A DNA stretch of 57,557 nucleotides, the filler included, from Sluysia triapertura (taxonomy: Eukaryota), in the NCBI GenBank assembly GCA_046118255.1. It is 4 parts of 4 records of this genome, joined end to end, with 100 filler letters (N's around TTAATTAATTAA, not from the genome) between each part and the next. Parts side by side here need not be neighbours in the genome. Positions count along the whole stretch, not along the records: positions 30,707 to 46,506 come from JBJNIA010218474.1; positions 46,607 to 57,557 come from JBJNIA010190963.1; 2 more parts are not named here. One strand, given 5' to 3'. Every line of letters starts with the position of its first letter. Position 1 is the first letter of the stretch. Shown here piece by piece: positions 39,211 through 51,420 of the stretch. Position numbers and translations under genes: made by a program. The notes beneath the pieces were generated by a model, which was given only the letters and a program-made list of their open reading frames with translations, made no database searches and was not told the origin of the DNA.

Positions 39211-42200
39211 TTATAGAAGTCTAACAGTAATGTTATTTTTGAATAGTTTATTGAATAATGTTGTGAATTAATAAATTGTAAAGTTTGTGAGATATAGAAT
39301 ATATAAAGAACTATTAAATGATCTAAGAATTTATTAATTATGTTATAAGTTGCGTATGCTGACTTGTTATAAAATCAGGTGTAATCAGTTGGACTTATGA
39401 ATTTAGGGATTTAGGAATTTTCCGTTCATTAAAAGATTTCGGTGTATTAATAAGTGGGAAATTTTGGAATGCGTTGAATATAACAAAAATGGAAATACAA
39501 AAGTTCCCGCACATTTTTTTGTTAATTCTCGAGTTAGTAAGTCTTGAAATGAAGTATCAGCTGGTTCAGGTTCAACATTTGAAGATTGGGATTTATCTAA
39601 AATTGATGTTTATGTAAAAATAATTCCGTAATGTTTCGTCCAATTCAAAGCGGGACGTGCAATTAAATAATAATACTATTCTTGATGAAAGTGATTTTGA
39701 TGAAGACGTAGAATATCTGGAAGATTAATAAATTTTTAATTTATATTAATTTTTTATTCGGAAAACTGAAAGCACCATAGTATCACCATTTTCTATAATG
39801 TTTAGTAATACTATTTGGCAATATCTGTTATACCCAAAAACTCCATTTAATTTTTGGGATTGGTTAAAGATGAAGTAGATATAAGGATTATAGTTTACAG
39901 TGTAAGAATAAAGTAAGCATTAATGAGGAATTAAGATAAAACATTGTGTTAATGGAAAATTAAAAATAAAAGACATAAAGGTATGAAGAAAGAACCATTT
40001 AAATGGCTTTACTTGTCAAAAAATAAAAGTACATTTATTAATTAATTTAATTAAAAATTGTTTAATTTAATAATTTCGTGAAAATGTCTGCATATGATAA
40101 AATACATTAAAATTAAAGTATAATGTTGAATTTTATTATTATAATTCTTAATGATGAAATGTCGACGCATATAGTTACTTTAATTAGTTTATATAATTTA
40201 AAATTAAAGTATATATTAAAATGATAACAACTCAGACATGTTGTTGAAATCGAGCTGCGACGTAAGGTTCACGCATGACGTATTATACAAAAAAATTTCC
40301 TACAGAAAAGAAATGTGGTATGCATATTAGTTTTATGTTTATTTTAAGTTGACATATTATTTTAATAATAAAATATTAGTGTAATAATGATATTAAATTT
40401 TGAATGAGTTATGTTTAAAAGACAAGGGGATTGTTCATCACAAATCTCATTAAGATAATGGTAATTGCGGAAGACAATAAAACTGGAAGCCGACCGTGGA
40501 AATTTAATTATTGAAATTGGTCAGCTTACGACCGACTAAAAGTAAATAGATAATTATATTGTTTAATTTTTAACATCCTAAGCAATTACCAACTATTATT
40601 ATGTAAACGATCGCATTTTGCAATAAAATCAGAATAATATAGTTGGAGAAGGCTAAATATTTAAAATGTTCAGCCTCATTTCCATTAAAGCTACTTCACA
40701 CATTTGTGGCAAACATTGTGCGATTGAGGATTTATCTATAGAAATTGACACATCCTTACAAGTAATACGACTATTACTGAAGTTAGTGATTTGTGTTTTT
40801 ATTATTTTATTATTGTTAAATGTTGGGTCAACATTTGTCGTGTTGTGTCAACCCTATAATCTTTTTATTGAATAATTGTGTTCAAACAGTGATTTATAAC
40901 TTTGAATTTATGTGATTTTATTAAAGAATAATAGATATTCTTATTTCTGATATTGGTATATCGAGATTACATGTTAATTTGATTTTTTTCAGTTAATGTT
41001 ATATATTTTGAATAAAGACACAGCATATTGATTTTAATATTTAATCCCTGTTTAAATTTACAAGTAGAATAATCTTGTCGTTTACAACAAGTCATCCAGA
41101 ATCTTATGAACTTTATTAACTAAAAATGTATTGGTACTTAAACTAGCATAGTTCCAGTGTATTTAAAATAGAAATAACATAAAGGTTGTTTTAACTGATC
41201 TAAATTTATGAATCATTATATGATTATCGATCATCAACTTCAGCATTATATCCATATAGTTCACTATTTTCATTTACACCGAATTCTAAAAACTCAAATT
41301 GTTCCATAATAATTACAAGAAAATTTTTTAAATCTTTTTAAATAACACATTAAAAAGGCTGCTAAAATCCTGATATATGTTTCAAAATCGCAACTCGAAT
41401 AAAATATGTTACCGCCAATCTCAATTCAGCTGACTTTTATGGCACATCATAGTAGTAGATTTAGTTGCGATAATTTGGTGGTAGTTATGTTATTGTTTAT
41501 GCGTTTTGGTTTTCAAGTTTTTTTAGGTGTTAAATTTTAAAATTTAGAGTTTTTCATTATAGACATTTAGTATTTTAGATTAGAATAAATTCAAAACGAA
41601 GTGCTCTTAATATATAATTTTTCAATTTTGCCACGATTTTTTTTAAAATGAAACTAAATATTTTCTTCTGCACGTATATAATTTGACTTGTGCACTTTGA
41701 TTTTTAAAAAATTATCAACATAATCCCAAAGGTGCTGTATATCATCACACCAAGTTTGTTAATAAGTAATTAATAATTTACATGAATTATTAAAGATATA
41801 AAATTTGGAATATAAATAATAATGTAAAGAATCAAATTTGTAGAAAAATCAATAAATTCTAGCCGATAAATCACAGTTATTTTAGAAAATTATATTTAAA
41901 TTAATATTATTTGATAAATAAGATTTAAACCATCTTTACTCCACTAAATTTTTTAAATTTTTCTTCAAGTAAAAAAACGTATCAAATAACCGCACATATA
42001 CTTATTTTCGGCATATACTTAAAAATATTTTATATTTTAACATTATCTTTAAGTTTTATGAAATTTTGGTTTCGTTTGTTTTGTTAAACTAGATTAAAAA
42101 CCTTGAAATTTTTATTATTAATATAATTTTATTTTAAATTTAAATTATTTATATTAAATTAAATAAGTGTATTAGAAAAGAGAATTTCTTAATTATTTTT

Positions 42201-42233
42201 ATATTTAAAAAATAAGCTGTATGAACTATAAAA

Positions 42234-42681
42234 ATGTTAATAGAAACGAATAAGAGATTAATTGAAGATAATGATGTTGTAACTGCAAGGGTAGATATAG
42301 TATGGATAGAAGATGATACTGAACAGATACTTAACTGGATGACAATAAAATTTACACATGGATTCGTTGATGAAATGCCAAATAAAGCAACAATTCCATC
42401 AGTTATTTTTAAAAATCTAAATAATTTAGAAGATGCTTGCGGTAGTATAGGAATAAAATTAACAGAAACAGAAAGTAAAATGATGGTGGATGATTTCAGT
42501 TGTCCACGTTTAATTATTAGTTCAGATTTGATACAGTTAACTGTTGAAAAGCTGGAAAAAGTTATTTGATGTTACTTATATGTTACATTTACTTTAGTTT
42601 GATGACAAATGGAATTTATCAGAATTTGAAAAAGTAGAGGTGGCGAAAATACTGAAAAACAGAGGAAATGTTCGAAGTAAA
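42234..42681 (+). pseudogene. Isolated coding-like segment, unknown product, probably disabled
   Basis: 111-aa ORF with globular composition in an AT-rich background. A shifted frame continues (FDDKWNLSEFEKVEVAKILKNRGNVRSK) to a donor-like |gtatgt. Confidence 0.4.
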
Positions 42682-43623
42682 GTATGTTTATTACATTTGT
42701 ATTTAAATAAGTAAAATGTAAAGGATGTTTTACAAAGTTTAAATTGGATTGTTTTATTTTAAATTTTACTTAATCTGTTACATTGTGCAATTTTTCGCAC
42801 TTTTTCTAGTTTTTTTAATTTGAATTAATTACTTTATCGATGTCGATATTTTTATCAATATTTTATCGTAAAAGCTCAATGATCATTGTCAATTTTTCCT
42901 AGTGTCGAACTAAAACTGTCATTTGATAAGAAATGTTAATTTGCCGATTAGTAAAATTAAATTTCTGCGTTCACCTGATTGAGCGACTTCAGTCAGCGAA
43001 GCCGCTCAACTCAAGGTTGATGAGTGCGAATTATATCTACATTAATAAAAGAGTAATTGATTATTGATAAATAATTTATTTCAATTTTATGAATTTCGTT
43101 CTGAATCTAGGAGCATGAAATTAAGATTCTTTGTTGCGTCTCAATATTGGTGATTCCCCAAATTAAAATATATTTATGCATTCCCGACGGTGTCATTTCA
43201 TTAATTTCACTAGATTGACTTTAATTAAGCTCTGAACAAATTAGTACAACCCTTAACTTGTCTGATTCGAATTTGATTCACACTTTTTCATCCGCATCAC
43301 CAATACGAACTTAGATAGTTTACGCAGCAGAATTTTTTATAATTTAAATGTTTTTAAGTATAAATAACTGTAGCAATTTTAAACAGAGCCACGGTTAATA
43401 AATTAATCAATTAATTTGACAAAATACAAATATTACAAATTATTTGAGGTTCTGTTTCAGGAAAAACAATGATGATGGATTAAATTTTAAGTTTATTTAC
43501 AGAGTTTTTCATTTAATTTAATTCTTTAATAACTAACATAAAATTGTTAGGATAAAAATTATACTTTTATAATTATAAAAATATTCATTCCATTAAAAAA
43601 AGATGGTAAAATAAAAATTTCTT

Positions 43624-44570
43624 TAATTGAAAGGAACTTTCTCAAAAGCTTTGATCAAAAATTTCTTCATATACGCAAAATATGCGGTTTAATTTTCAGA
43701 TGATATATCAAAAGAAGAATAAATGCTTTTTTAGTTCTTCCTATGTTCTTCAATTTCTAAATTTAATCGAATTTTTCCATTTTGAAAAAATCTCTTAAAT
43801 TAGTTCTAATTGAGGCGTGTATAAAACAATCTGAAAACATTTAGATGTGCAGAATTCTTGGATTAGTGTTAATTTATGAATCGAAGCATTATCCATTATA
43901 AGAATTCTGCCATTTAAATTGTTCTGAAGAGGTTTTTCAAAGGTTTCTTGGATAGCAGAAAAGTATGATTCCCCAGTAAAAGCCTTATCTGAAATTTTAA
44001 ATTGAATTTTCGACTTCGCTGAACAAATTGAAAAAAATTTACTGCTTATGGATGCGACATTTTTGGTGGGAGTTGTCCCTTTTAAACTTCGTCCATAGAT
44101 TTTCCTTATTGTGCAACTTATTCCCATTTCATCTAAAAAGATCACATCGTTTTCTTCTACTGGAAGAATCAAATCAGCTTATTGTTTTCTTTTTTAGATA
44201 TTAGCTTCTTTATTTCGACCTTGCGGAACCAAAGAAATATGCTGAAAACTATAATTAAAACTACCAATCGCTCTGTTAATTGTTGAAATAGAACAATTTA
44301 TGTTCAAGTTCGAAAATAGTTTTTCCTGTATTCTTTCCAATGTTATTGAAACATCTTCAATGATAATATAATTTTTTCATTCTCTCCGATTGTCGTTCTA
44401 GGTGCACGAGTGCCAAATTTGCTGTTCTTCCATCCTTTTTAAAAACACTAATTATAGAAGATACTGTTTTAGAATTTATATTAAAATCTAAAAATATTTT
44501 TAGTTTTTCCGTTTTCAAACCTTCGACAGATTTCACGTTTAATTTCATTATTAACTGCTGCGTTTTTCAT
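43624..44570 (-). mobile_element. IS630-like (DDE_3) Tc1/mariner-superfamily transposase, near full length but disabled
   Basis: ATG at 44570 (MKNAAVNNEIKREICRRF). HTH regions (SKTVSSII; ITLERIQEKL...SISTINRAI), VPQGRN, VIFLDEMG, RKIYGRSLKG, ILIMDNASIHK, YTPQLELI*EIFSKWK. Several stops and frameshifts. Confidence 0.88.
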
Positions 44571-45642
44571 TTATAACTTATAGCCTAAAAATCCGAATTA
44601 AATTAAATGAAAAACCCTATATTATTATTATATTTATTTATATTGTTATTTGTATTTATTATCGTATCATGACCTACGAATTTATTAGCTAAAAAAAACT
44701 ATATAAAAACTATTTCAGTCAAATAAATTTTGTTTTAATTTATGAATTAGATTTATTGTATTTTAATTCTATTTTTAAAATTGTTAAGTACAATAAACTT
44801 AACAATTAACAATTTTGAATTTAAATTAGATGTAATATTTTATGCTTCATTTTAGTATTAATGAAGCAAGAAATAAAAATAAAAAAATATAGATAAACGG
44901 GGATAGACTGATCTCACAAAATAAGTTAGAATATTTGGTAAGTGAACAACACAAAGCCAGATAAAGGTTTTCTATTGATTCCATATTTTAAAGCTAAAAT
45001 ATCAATGAACGATATTGATATAGTTTTAAGGTTGTTCAATGTTGTGCTTTTATTTTATGAAAATAAAAGAAGTATTCATTAAATTCAGAAATTGCGTGAT
45101 TGGTGAAATAAGTGAAACTATTTAGATACTACACATTAAGTGATAAAGTAAGAAATAAGTACATGGACACAATTATTTCAACGGAAAGCTTTGTGACAAT
45201 AAATTTTGAGTACTTTTTAATTGATAAATACGAATCATTATAAGAAATAATTGTTTTGGATAGTTGTATAAAACAACTTTATTATAAATATGAATATGTG
45301 TAGTATTTATGTGTTTAGATGATAAAATGATTAAATGTTTCGCGTGTCAAATGTGAATTAAGGCGAAACTAAAAAAATTATTTAATATATTTTTCTGCTT
45401 ATTTATTCCTTTTGATACCGACATATTTCGCAATATTGCGCTCAAAGGACGCAAACAAAGATTTGTGTATTGGGTTTTTATTCGAAAATAAAAATGAGTG
45501 TTAATGAAAGTAATGAAGCGACAAGACTAGTAAATTATTTATCCATAATTTATACAAACAAATCTAAATTATCCTGTCATTTTGTGTGAAACTGATATAG
45601 TCATGCGCTAACATAAATAAACAACGCATATTCGACATATAT

Positions 45643-45739
45643 GCAGCGGCAGTAAGCGTTATTCGGCTATTAAAATAAGTAAATCCATCAGAACGCTTAT
45701 TGATGCTGCCACGGAAGTTATCAGTACTTAAAGGGCTAA
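45643..45739. mobile_element. Degenerate piggyBac-like end with subterminal inverted repeat
   Basis: GCAGCGGCAGTAAGCGTT (45643-45660) versus AACGCTTATTGATGCTGC (45692-45709), then ...AAAGGGCTAA resembling AAGGG|TTAA. Confidence 0.4.
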
Positions 45740-46353
45740 ACATTAAATTAAAAATATATTGTTTAATGATTAGTGTGAATTAAATTGAAAATAGTCTAAA
45801 TGAAGGATTCAAGAAAAGTTTGATAAAATTATTAATTGTAAAATTAATAAAACCATAGAATCAAAGTTTGACAAATATGAATTAAGCAGCTTAAGCATAT
45901 TTTATTGAAAAAAGAACATTTCTAAAGAACTTTTCTAAAATACAAACTATGTTGAGAAGAATTTGAAAATTTGTAAAATTATTTATTTTTCATTTTTATT
46001 CGATAAAAACGATACATAGGGTTATAGTATACGAATTATTTATTTTTCATTAAAAGTTAAAATTAAAAATCAAGAATTACATCATCTAGCTGGTTTCTCA
46101 TATTTCTTAATATCAAAATAATATTTGTTTTTGGAATTAAATTTTATAAATGTTAGATACATATAACATTGGTACACAAAAGGTTAATAACTGTTTGCTT
46201 AACGTAGTTTCAAATTACAAACAAATTGTTAGTGAGTTCCAGAAATATTGAACCATGAACAAATGGACTTCCAATAAACTTATCTAGCAAAACCATAAAA
46301 AATAACCTTTTTGGTTGACCACATTTGTATTTTATATTTTTTATATTTATGTA

Positions 46354-46506
46354 CCGTAATTTCCGGCGTATAAGGCGCACCCTTTTACATAGAAATTTTG
46401 AAAAATTGGCACATGTGCCTTATACATCGATGCGCCTTATACGAGGATTTTGCAAAGAATAAAATATTTACAGATTTTTTTACATTTTTATTTATTATAA
46501 CGTTTA
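46354..46506 (+). mobile_element. Tc2/pogo-like DNA transposon left end, truncated by the assembly gap
   Basis: TA|CCGTAATTTCCGGCGTATAAGGCGCAC terminus with internal inverted repeats tgccttatac and gcgccttatacg. Confidence 0.65.
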
Positions 46507-46606
46507 NNNNNNNNNNNNNNNNNNNNNNNNNNNNNNNNNNNNNNNNNNNNTTAATTAATTAANNNNNNNNNNNNNNNNNNNNNNNNNNNNNNNNNNNNNN
46601 NNNNNN
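46507..46606. other. Artificial assembly gap with six-frame stop linker
   Basis: N44-TTAATTAATTAA-N44. Confidence 0.98.
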
Positions 46607-46761
46607 TTTTCTAAAATAAATGTTTTTTTTCTAAATTTTCACTTTTTCTTTTTTGGCCCACATAAGATCAACACAAGCTTGAACTGGCCCACCACTATTT
46701 TGGGTTGGACAGGCCTGATATAGATGAATAAATTAATAATTTACACTGTATAGTGGTTCAT

Positions 46762-46854
46762 AATCAACTATAGATGTATATTACGAGTATGTAAATCAAA
46801 TATAAATGCATGTACAATCACAAGTATGTAAATCAATTATAGATGTATGTACAC
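46762..46854. repeat. Degenerate minisatellite, about 2.5 copies of a 32-37 bp unit
   Basis: aatcaactatagatgtat / aaatcaaatataaatgcatgtaca / aaatcaattatagatgtatgtaca. Confidence 0.7.
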
Positions 46855-46989
46855 TTCTTTTTTATCTTTGAAAGCATTTTTTGAAATATATGTTCTAATT
46901 TTATTCTTTGAAAGAGGTTTTATTCTGTGTTGAAAAGAAATTAAATGTGAGAAGAATTACTGAAACAATGTTTAAAGGAAGTAGTACAT

Positions 46990-47345
46990 AACTAAAAATG
47001 TTAAAGAAATCTCATTTTGATTGCAAAGTTTGAAATGGTCTTAAACTGTGAATTTAATGTTTTTCAAAGGTGTTAATGACTGAGTGTTAATGATTGTGAA
47101 CTTAAAATGTATATTTGACAATTTGAGATGTAAATTGTAATTCTAGTGTTGTGAAATTGTGAATTAAAAAATATTTTAATAAAATTTGAAATATACATTT
47201 ATGGTTTCGAATGTGCGTATAATTTTAATGGTATAAGGTTGTGGATTTAAAATGTTTGGGAATGTAAAAAGGTTTTTTTTAATCTGAGAAAGTAGAATGT
47301 AAAATGTTAGTAAATGTGATATTCCTTATAAAATAATGATTTTGT
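46990..47345 (-). repeat. hAT-like non-autonomous element fragment, inverted homolog of 50380-50690
   Basis: aatgtaaaatgttagtaaatg and tgtggatttaaaatg are reverse complements of catttactaacattttacatt and cattttaaatccaca. Confidence 0.8.
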
Positions 47346-50300
47346 AGACTTACAATTTCATTGGATTTTCAATTCGTTTTACAACATGATATTTATCCAA
47401 TTCTGAAGAATTAATTAAAGACAGTCAAAATGGTATTCCACTCAAAAGCGATACAATTCCTGACTTAGATTATATCCTTGACAGAATACTAAAATGAATA
47501 ATCTTCCAGTTATTGCTTTTACGGACACAGTCAAAAATTCGAATTACCCTTTATTAAGTCATGACATTGGGAATTATTTAGGGTTACGGTTATATGGATA
47601 CAATATATAAAAATATTTAGAATTTTCCAAACATAAATTGTTTTATTATTTGACTCTGAGATAACATCGCATTGATCTTGGCTTTTATAGATAGTCGACA
47701 TTGCATCGCAAGTTGTTAATCTTTGAACTACAAATATAAATTAAAGTTTTGTATTTTCTATGAGCAAAAATATTCTACACAATAATAATGATTTAGAATA
47801 TTGAGCAGTTTATCACCTATCTTCAACGAAGTACGATCAAAATGCCAAATTTCCTCATGCATATAACCGTTATAAAATACTGTTTATAAGTGTCATGGCA
47901 AAAATCGTATTAACTTTAAATTCATACTAATAATAATCTTGATAAATTTACAAATTCCTTCTTTCGAACTCCTTTGTAGCGAAAGCATCGTAAGATGATT
48001 CAAACTTTTTCCAAATTCTTTAGTATTTACACAAACATCCAAATTCTTTTATTAAACAATACTAATCTAGTAAAAATATTTTTTAAATAATTTATTTATT
48101 GAATTTCTTCTTTTTCTGTGTTTCGTACATTTTATTAACCATTTTATTATTCTTATTTTTGTTTATTTACATAAACATTTATTACTGTTTAATGAACATT
48201 CATTGTACAATTTAATCAATCGAATTTAATCATTATTGCTGATGTATTAAAGATCACACTTAATTAGCTTTGAATTGTATAAATTTTACATAGTAAATTA
48301 TGAAATTATAATCTTAATAACATTTAATAAAATCTTAAAATAAAATTACAAAATAAATCTTAGTAATTGTAAAAGGAATATCTGAATATATTCAAAAATA
48401 AAAAAAGTCTAGATATAGTTTAGAGCCTTTTGAATAAATCCACATTTGATAAAATTATTTTAATCTGATTACATTATTAAATTATTTCAAATTGTGCCTA
48501 AAGTTATGTATATTTTATTGTCAAACTTCAATCTTGAATCGAGTTACAACCTTATGACAATGTGTAAGTGACATATTTTGAATGTGATCTCATTAGATGA
48601 TAATTAATTTAATACAATTTTCTATCATAAAATTATTATTTCAACATTAGCAGATTTATAATACTAAACAAAAATAATTCTGTTTCAATAATTATAATTA
48701 CATTTTCATAATTATAATCTTTATAACAATTTTATATGTTTTTTAACATCAATGACAAAATAATTCGGTATTATTTTATTTTATTGGTAGCTATGATATA
48801 AAGATAAATTTATCATTTCATATATCAAAGTTATCAAAACATTCTTTCCGTATAAATATAAATAATTATAAAGAAAAGAAATATCATTTGTCATTAATAA
48901 CATTATAATTATATATTATTTAATAAAATTTATTATTTTTTAAGAAATTAAATTTCTTATATAAATTTCAATATTTTACGTTACTCATATTTTATCACTT
49001 AATTATTCAATGCTCAATAATTATTATACTTTAAGATATACCAATTATATAATATTCAGTATTAATTATTATACGAAAAAGCAAAATAAATTATATTAAT
49101 AGTTTTCATTTAATGTCACAAAATGAATAAAATAATTAAAACAAACAGACGGTAATTCCTATTATATTGACAATATATAAATAAAAAATTAAAATGCGTT
49201 ACTTTGTGTTGAATAAATTAATAAAACTGTTGATTTATTTTGTATAAAATCACGTACAAAAGTTTTATTTAATTTTTAATAATTGTTTCAAAATTTGATT
49301 TTTTAAATAATATTTTATAATATATATAAGTTTGACTATATTTCATAAATATTTGGGAGATTAAAATTTAAAACTAATGAAAAGCTAGAAATTATGAAAC
49401 TATATTGTCTCGTCATGTGTATCAATTATAAATCTTTGTATATCGTATAAATTGTGTATCAAGTTATACCATTTTGTCTGTATTGAATATTTTTAACCAA
49501 TAAATTTATCTTATAAGATCCTTTTCATATTTAATCTCTCTCTCTACATAATATTTGCCTCTCTGGCCCATTTAAATCTACAATATCTTATGTGCAGCGG
49601 ATCTTATATTATGATTAAATAGCCAATTTCTGTGTATGTGCTAGTTCATTGCAGAGCATAATATTTTTTTGGCGATTTATTTTCCATATATGTTAATTTT
49701 CATATTATGTACTCTATTTATTTATATTCGCCTTACTAGCTAGTATTTTTCGTTTTCTGCTGTCTACGTTTAATCTGCAATATTCGTTAGAGACTGATTA
49801 AGTGTGATAAATAACTACATTCTTTTTTCCACATCTTTTGTTCGTAAAGATGCTTTTTTAATTTTGAATAGCAATAATCGGCAGAACTTATTTAAATCAG
49901 GATTTCGTAATGTTATCGTAAAAAATGGATAATTTATAATATGAATTATATTTTGAATGTGTCTTGGTAAAATCAATTTAGATTTAGAAACAAGCTATTC
50001 TGAGAAATTAATTGAAGTCAAGTCTAGAAAAATTGTAAATCGATAAAATAAGTTTGAAATGATCTTTATTAGGTCTAGTAAATAGGTTATAATTCCTAAG
50101 AGCTATAAGAAATTTTTGTTAGTGATATCACATAATAAAAATTATTATATTGTAGATATTTGAATTATGATTGTAGCGAAGATATTATTTTTGTTATCAC
50201 TGAGTTCCAAAATGAGATATAATTCATGATTGTATTCTTAAAAAGTAATGTCATATACTCATTTTCGTATGGGTAATTAAAATGTTCAAAAGTTCCGATA

Positions 50301-50379
50301 TCATTCATTTGATTAAAATTTTGTGTTTCATGGTGCTGTGGTTTTTTAACTCTTAATCTACGGCAAAATAAAATTGTGC

Positions 50380-50690
50380 AGGGTGTGGTGGTCAACCTTT
50401 TCATTTAAAATTCAAATCATTATTTTACATGAGATACCGCATTTACTAACATTTTACATTTTACTTTTTCAGATCCATTAAAACCTTTTTATATTTCAAA
50501 TCATTTTAAATCCACAATCTCATAACATTAAAGTTATACTTACCTTCAAAACCATTAATATACATTTCAAATTTTATCCAAAACATTTCAAGTTCACAAT
50601 CCTTGAGATAATATCATTCACAAACATTAAATTCACATTTTAAAACCATTTTAAACATCCAAATCAAAGTAGAATTTATTTAAATTAATT
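50380..50690 (+). repeat. hAT-like element fragment with TIR-like start (CAGGGTGTGGTGGTCAACCTTT)
   Basis: Inverted similarity to 46990-47345. The start resembles hAT CAG(G/T)GGT..CAAC termini. Confidence 0.65.
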
Positions 50691-51420
50691 TTAATTATCT
50701 CAAGAAAAAGAATTTTAAGATTTTAAAGAAAGAATAATAATTTTATTTACAAGAAGAAAAGATTTATGTGTATATTATTTATATATTATTGATTTTATTT
50801 TATTGTTGTTAATATTATTTATTATTGTTAAAATCATTACTATTATCAACATTTTAATTCTCATTATAATAATAATTATTATTATTACTATTTATTTATT
50901 TATTATTATTATTATTTAATACCACTAACACCATTTATATTAGCAACTGCCAGTAATTGACAGTTTTAATTTAAATAAAGCTTTTATTAAAGTATTAACT
51001 GTCAATTATTGACAGTCGCATAACTAAGAATTTAATTCATTACATTACTTCACACCAATTGGACATCCAATAATAGACAGTATAAAAATTAATTTAAAAT
51101 TGATTAAAAAATTGTAAAAAATTATTGGATACCCAAAAGATTTTCACACACATGAATCGTTACCAAAAATAATTGTTAACAAAATAGATAGTCGCAATAC
51201 AATCAGACTTATTAGATAGCTAATTAGAGCTTATATTTTTGTAAAATTTCAGACAGAAAAAGTTAAAAGTAGAGACGCCATTAAAGAGATTAAAAAAGTA
51301 GAAAAAAATTAAAGATGACTTTTGAATCATAAAAATCCGTTACAGAAGGTGATATGAATAACAATAATGCTAAATATAATTAAAAATTCAAAGTGTCGAT
51401 TTCATAATCATTTTACTAAT

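Noticed and set aside
39830-39950. Second rosa-like transposase fragment (TPFNF..VKDEV)
   Set aside because: The similarity is too short and needs a frameshift; not supportable without a search.
46762-46854. CRISPR-like 32-37 bp periodicity
   Set aside because: Units are adjacent with no unique spacers, there are no cas genes, and the context is eukaryotic; it is a minisatellite.
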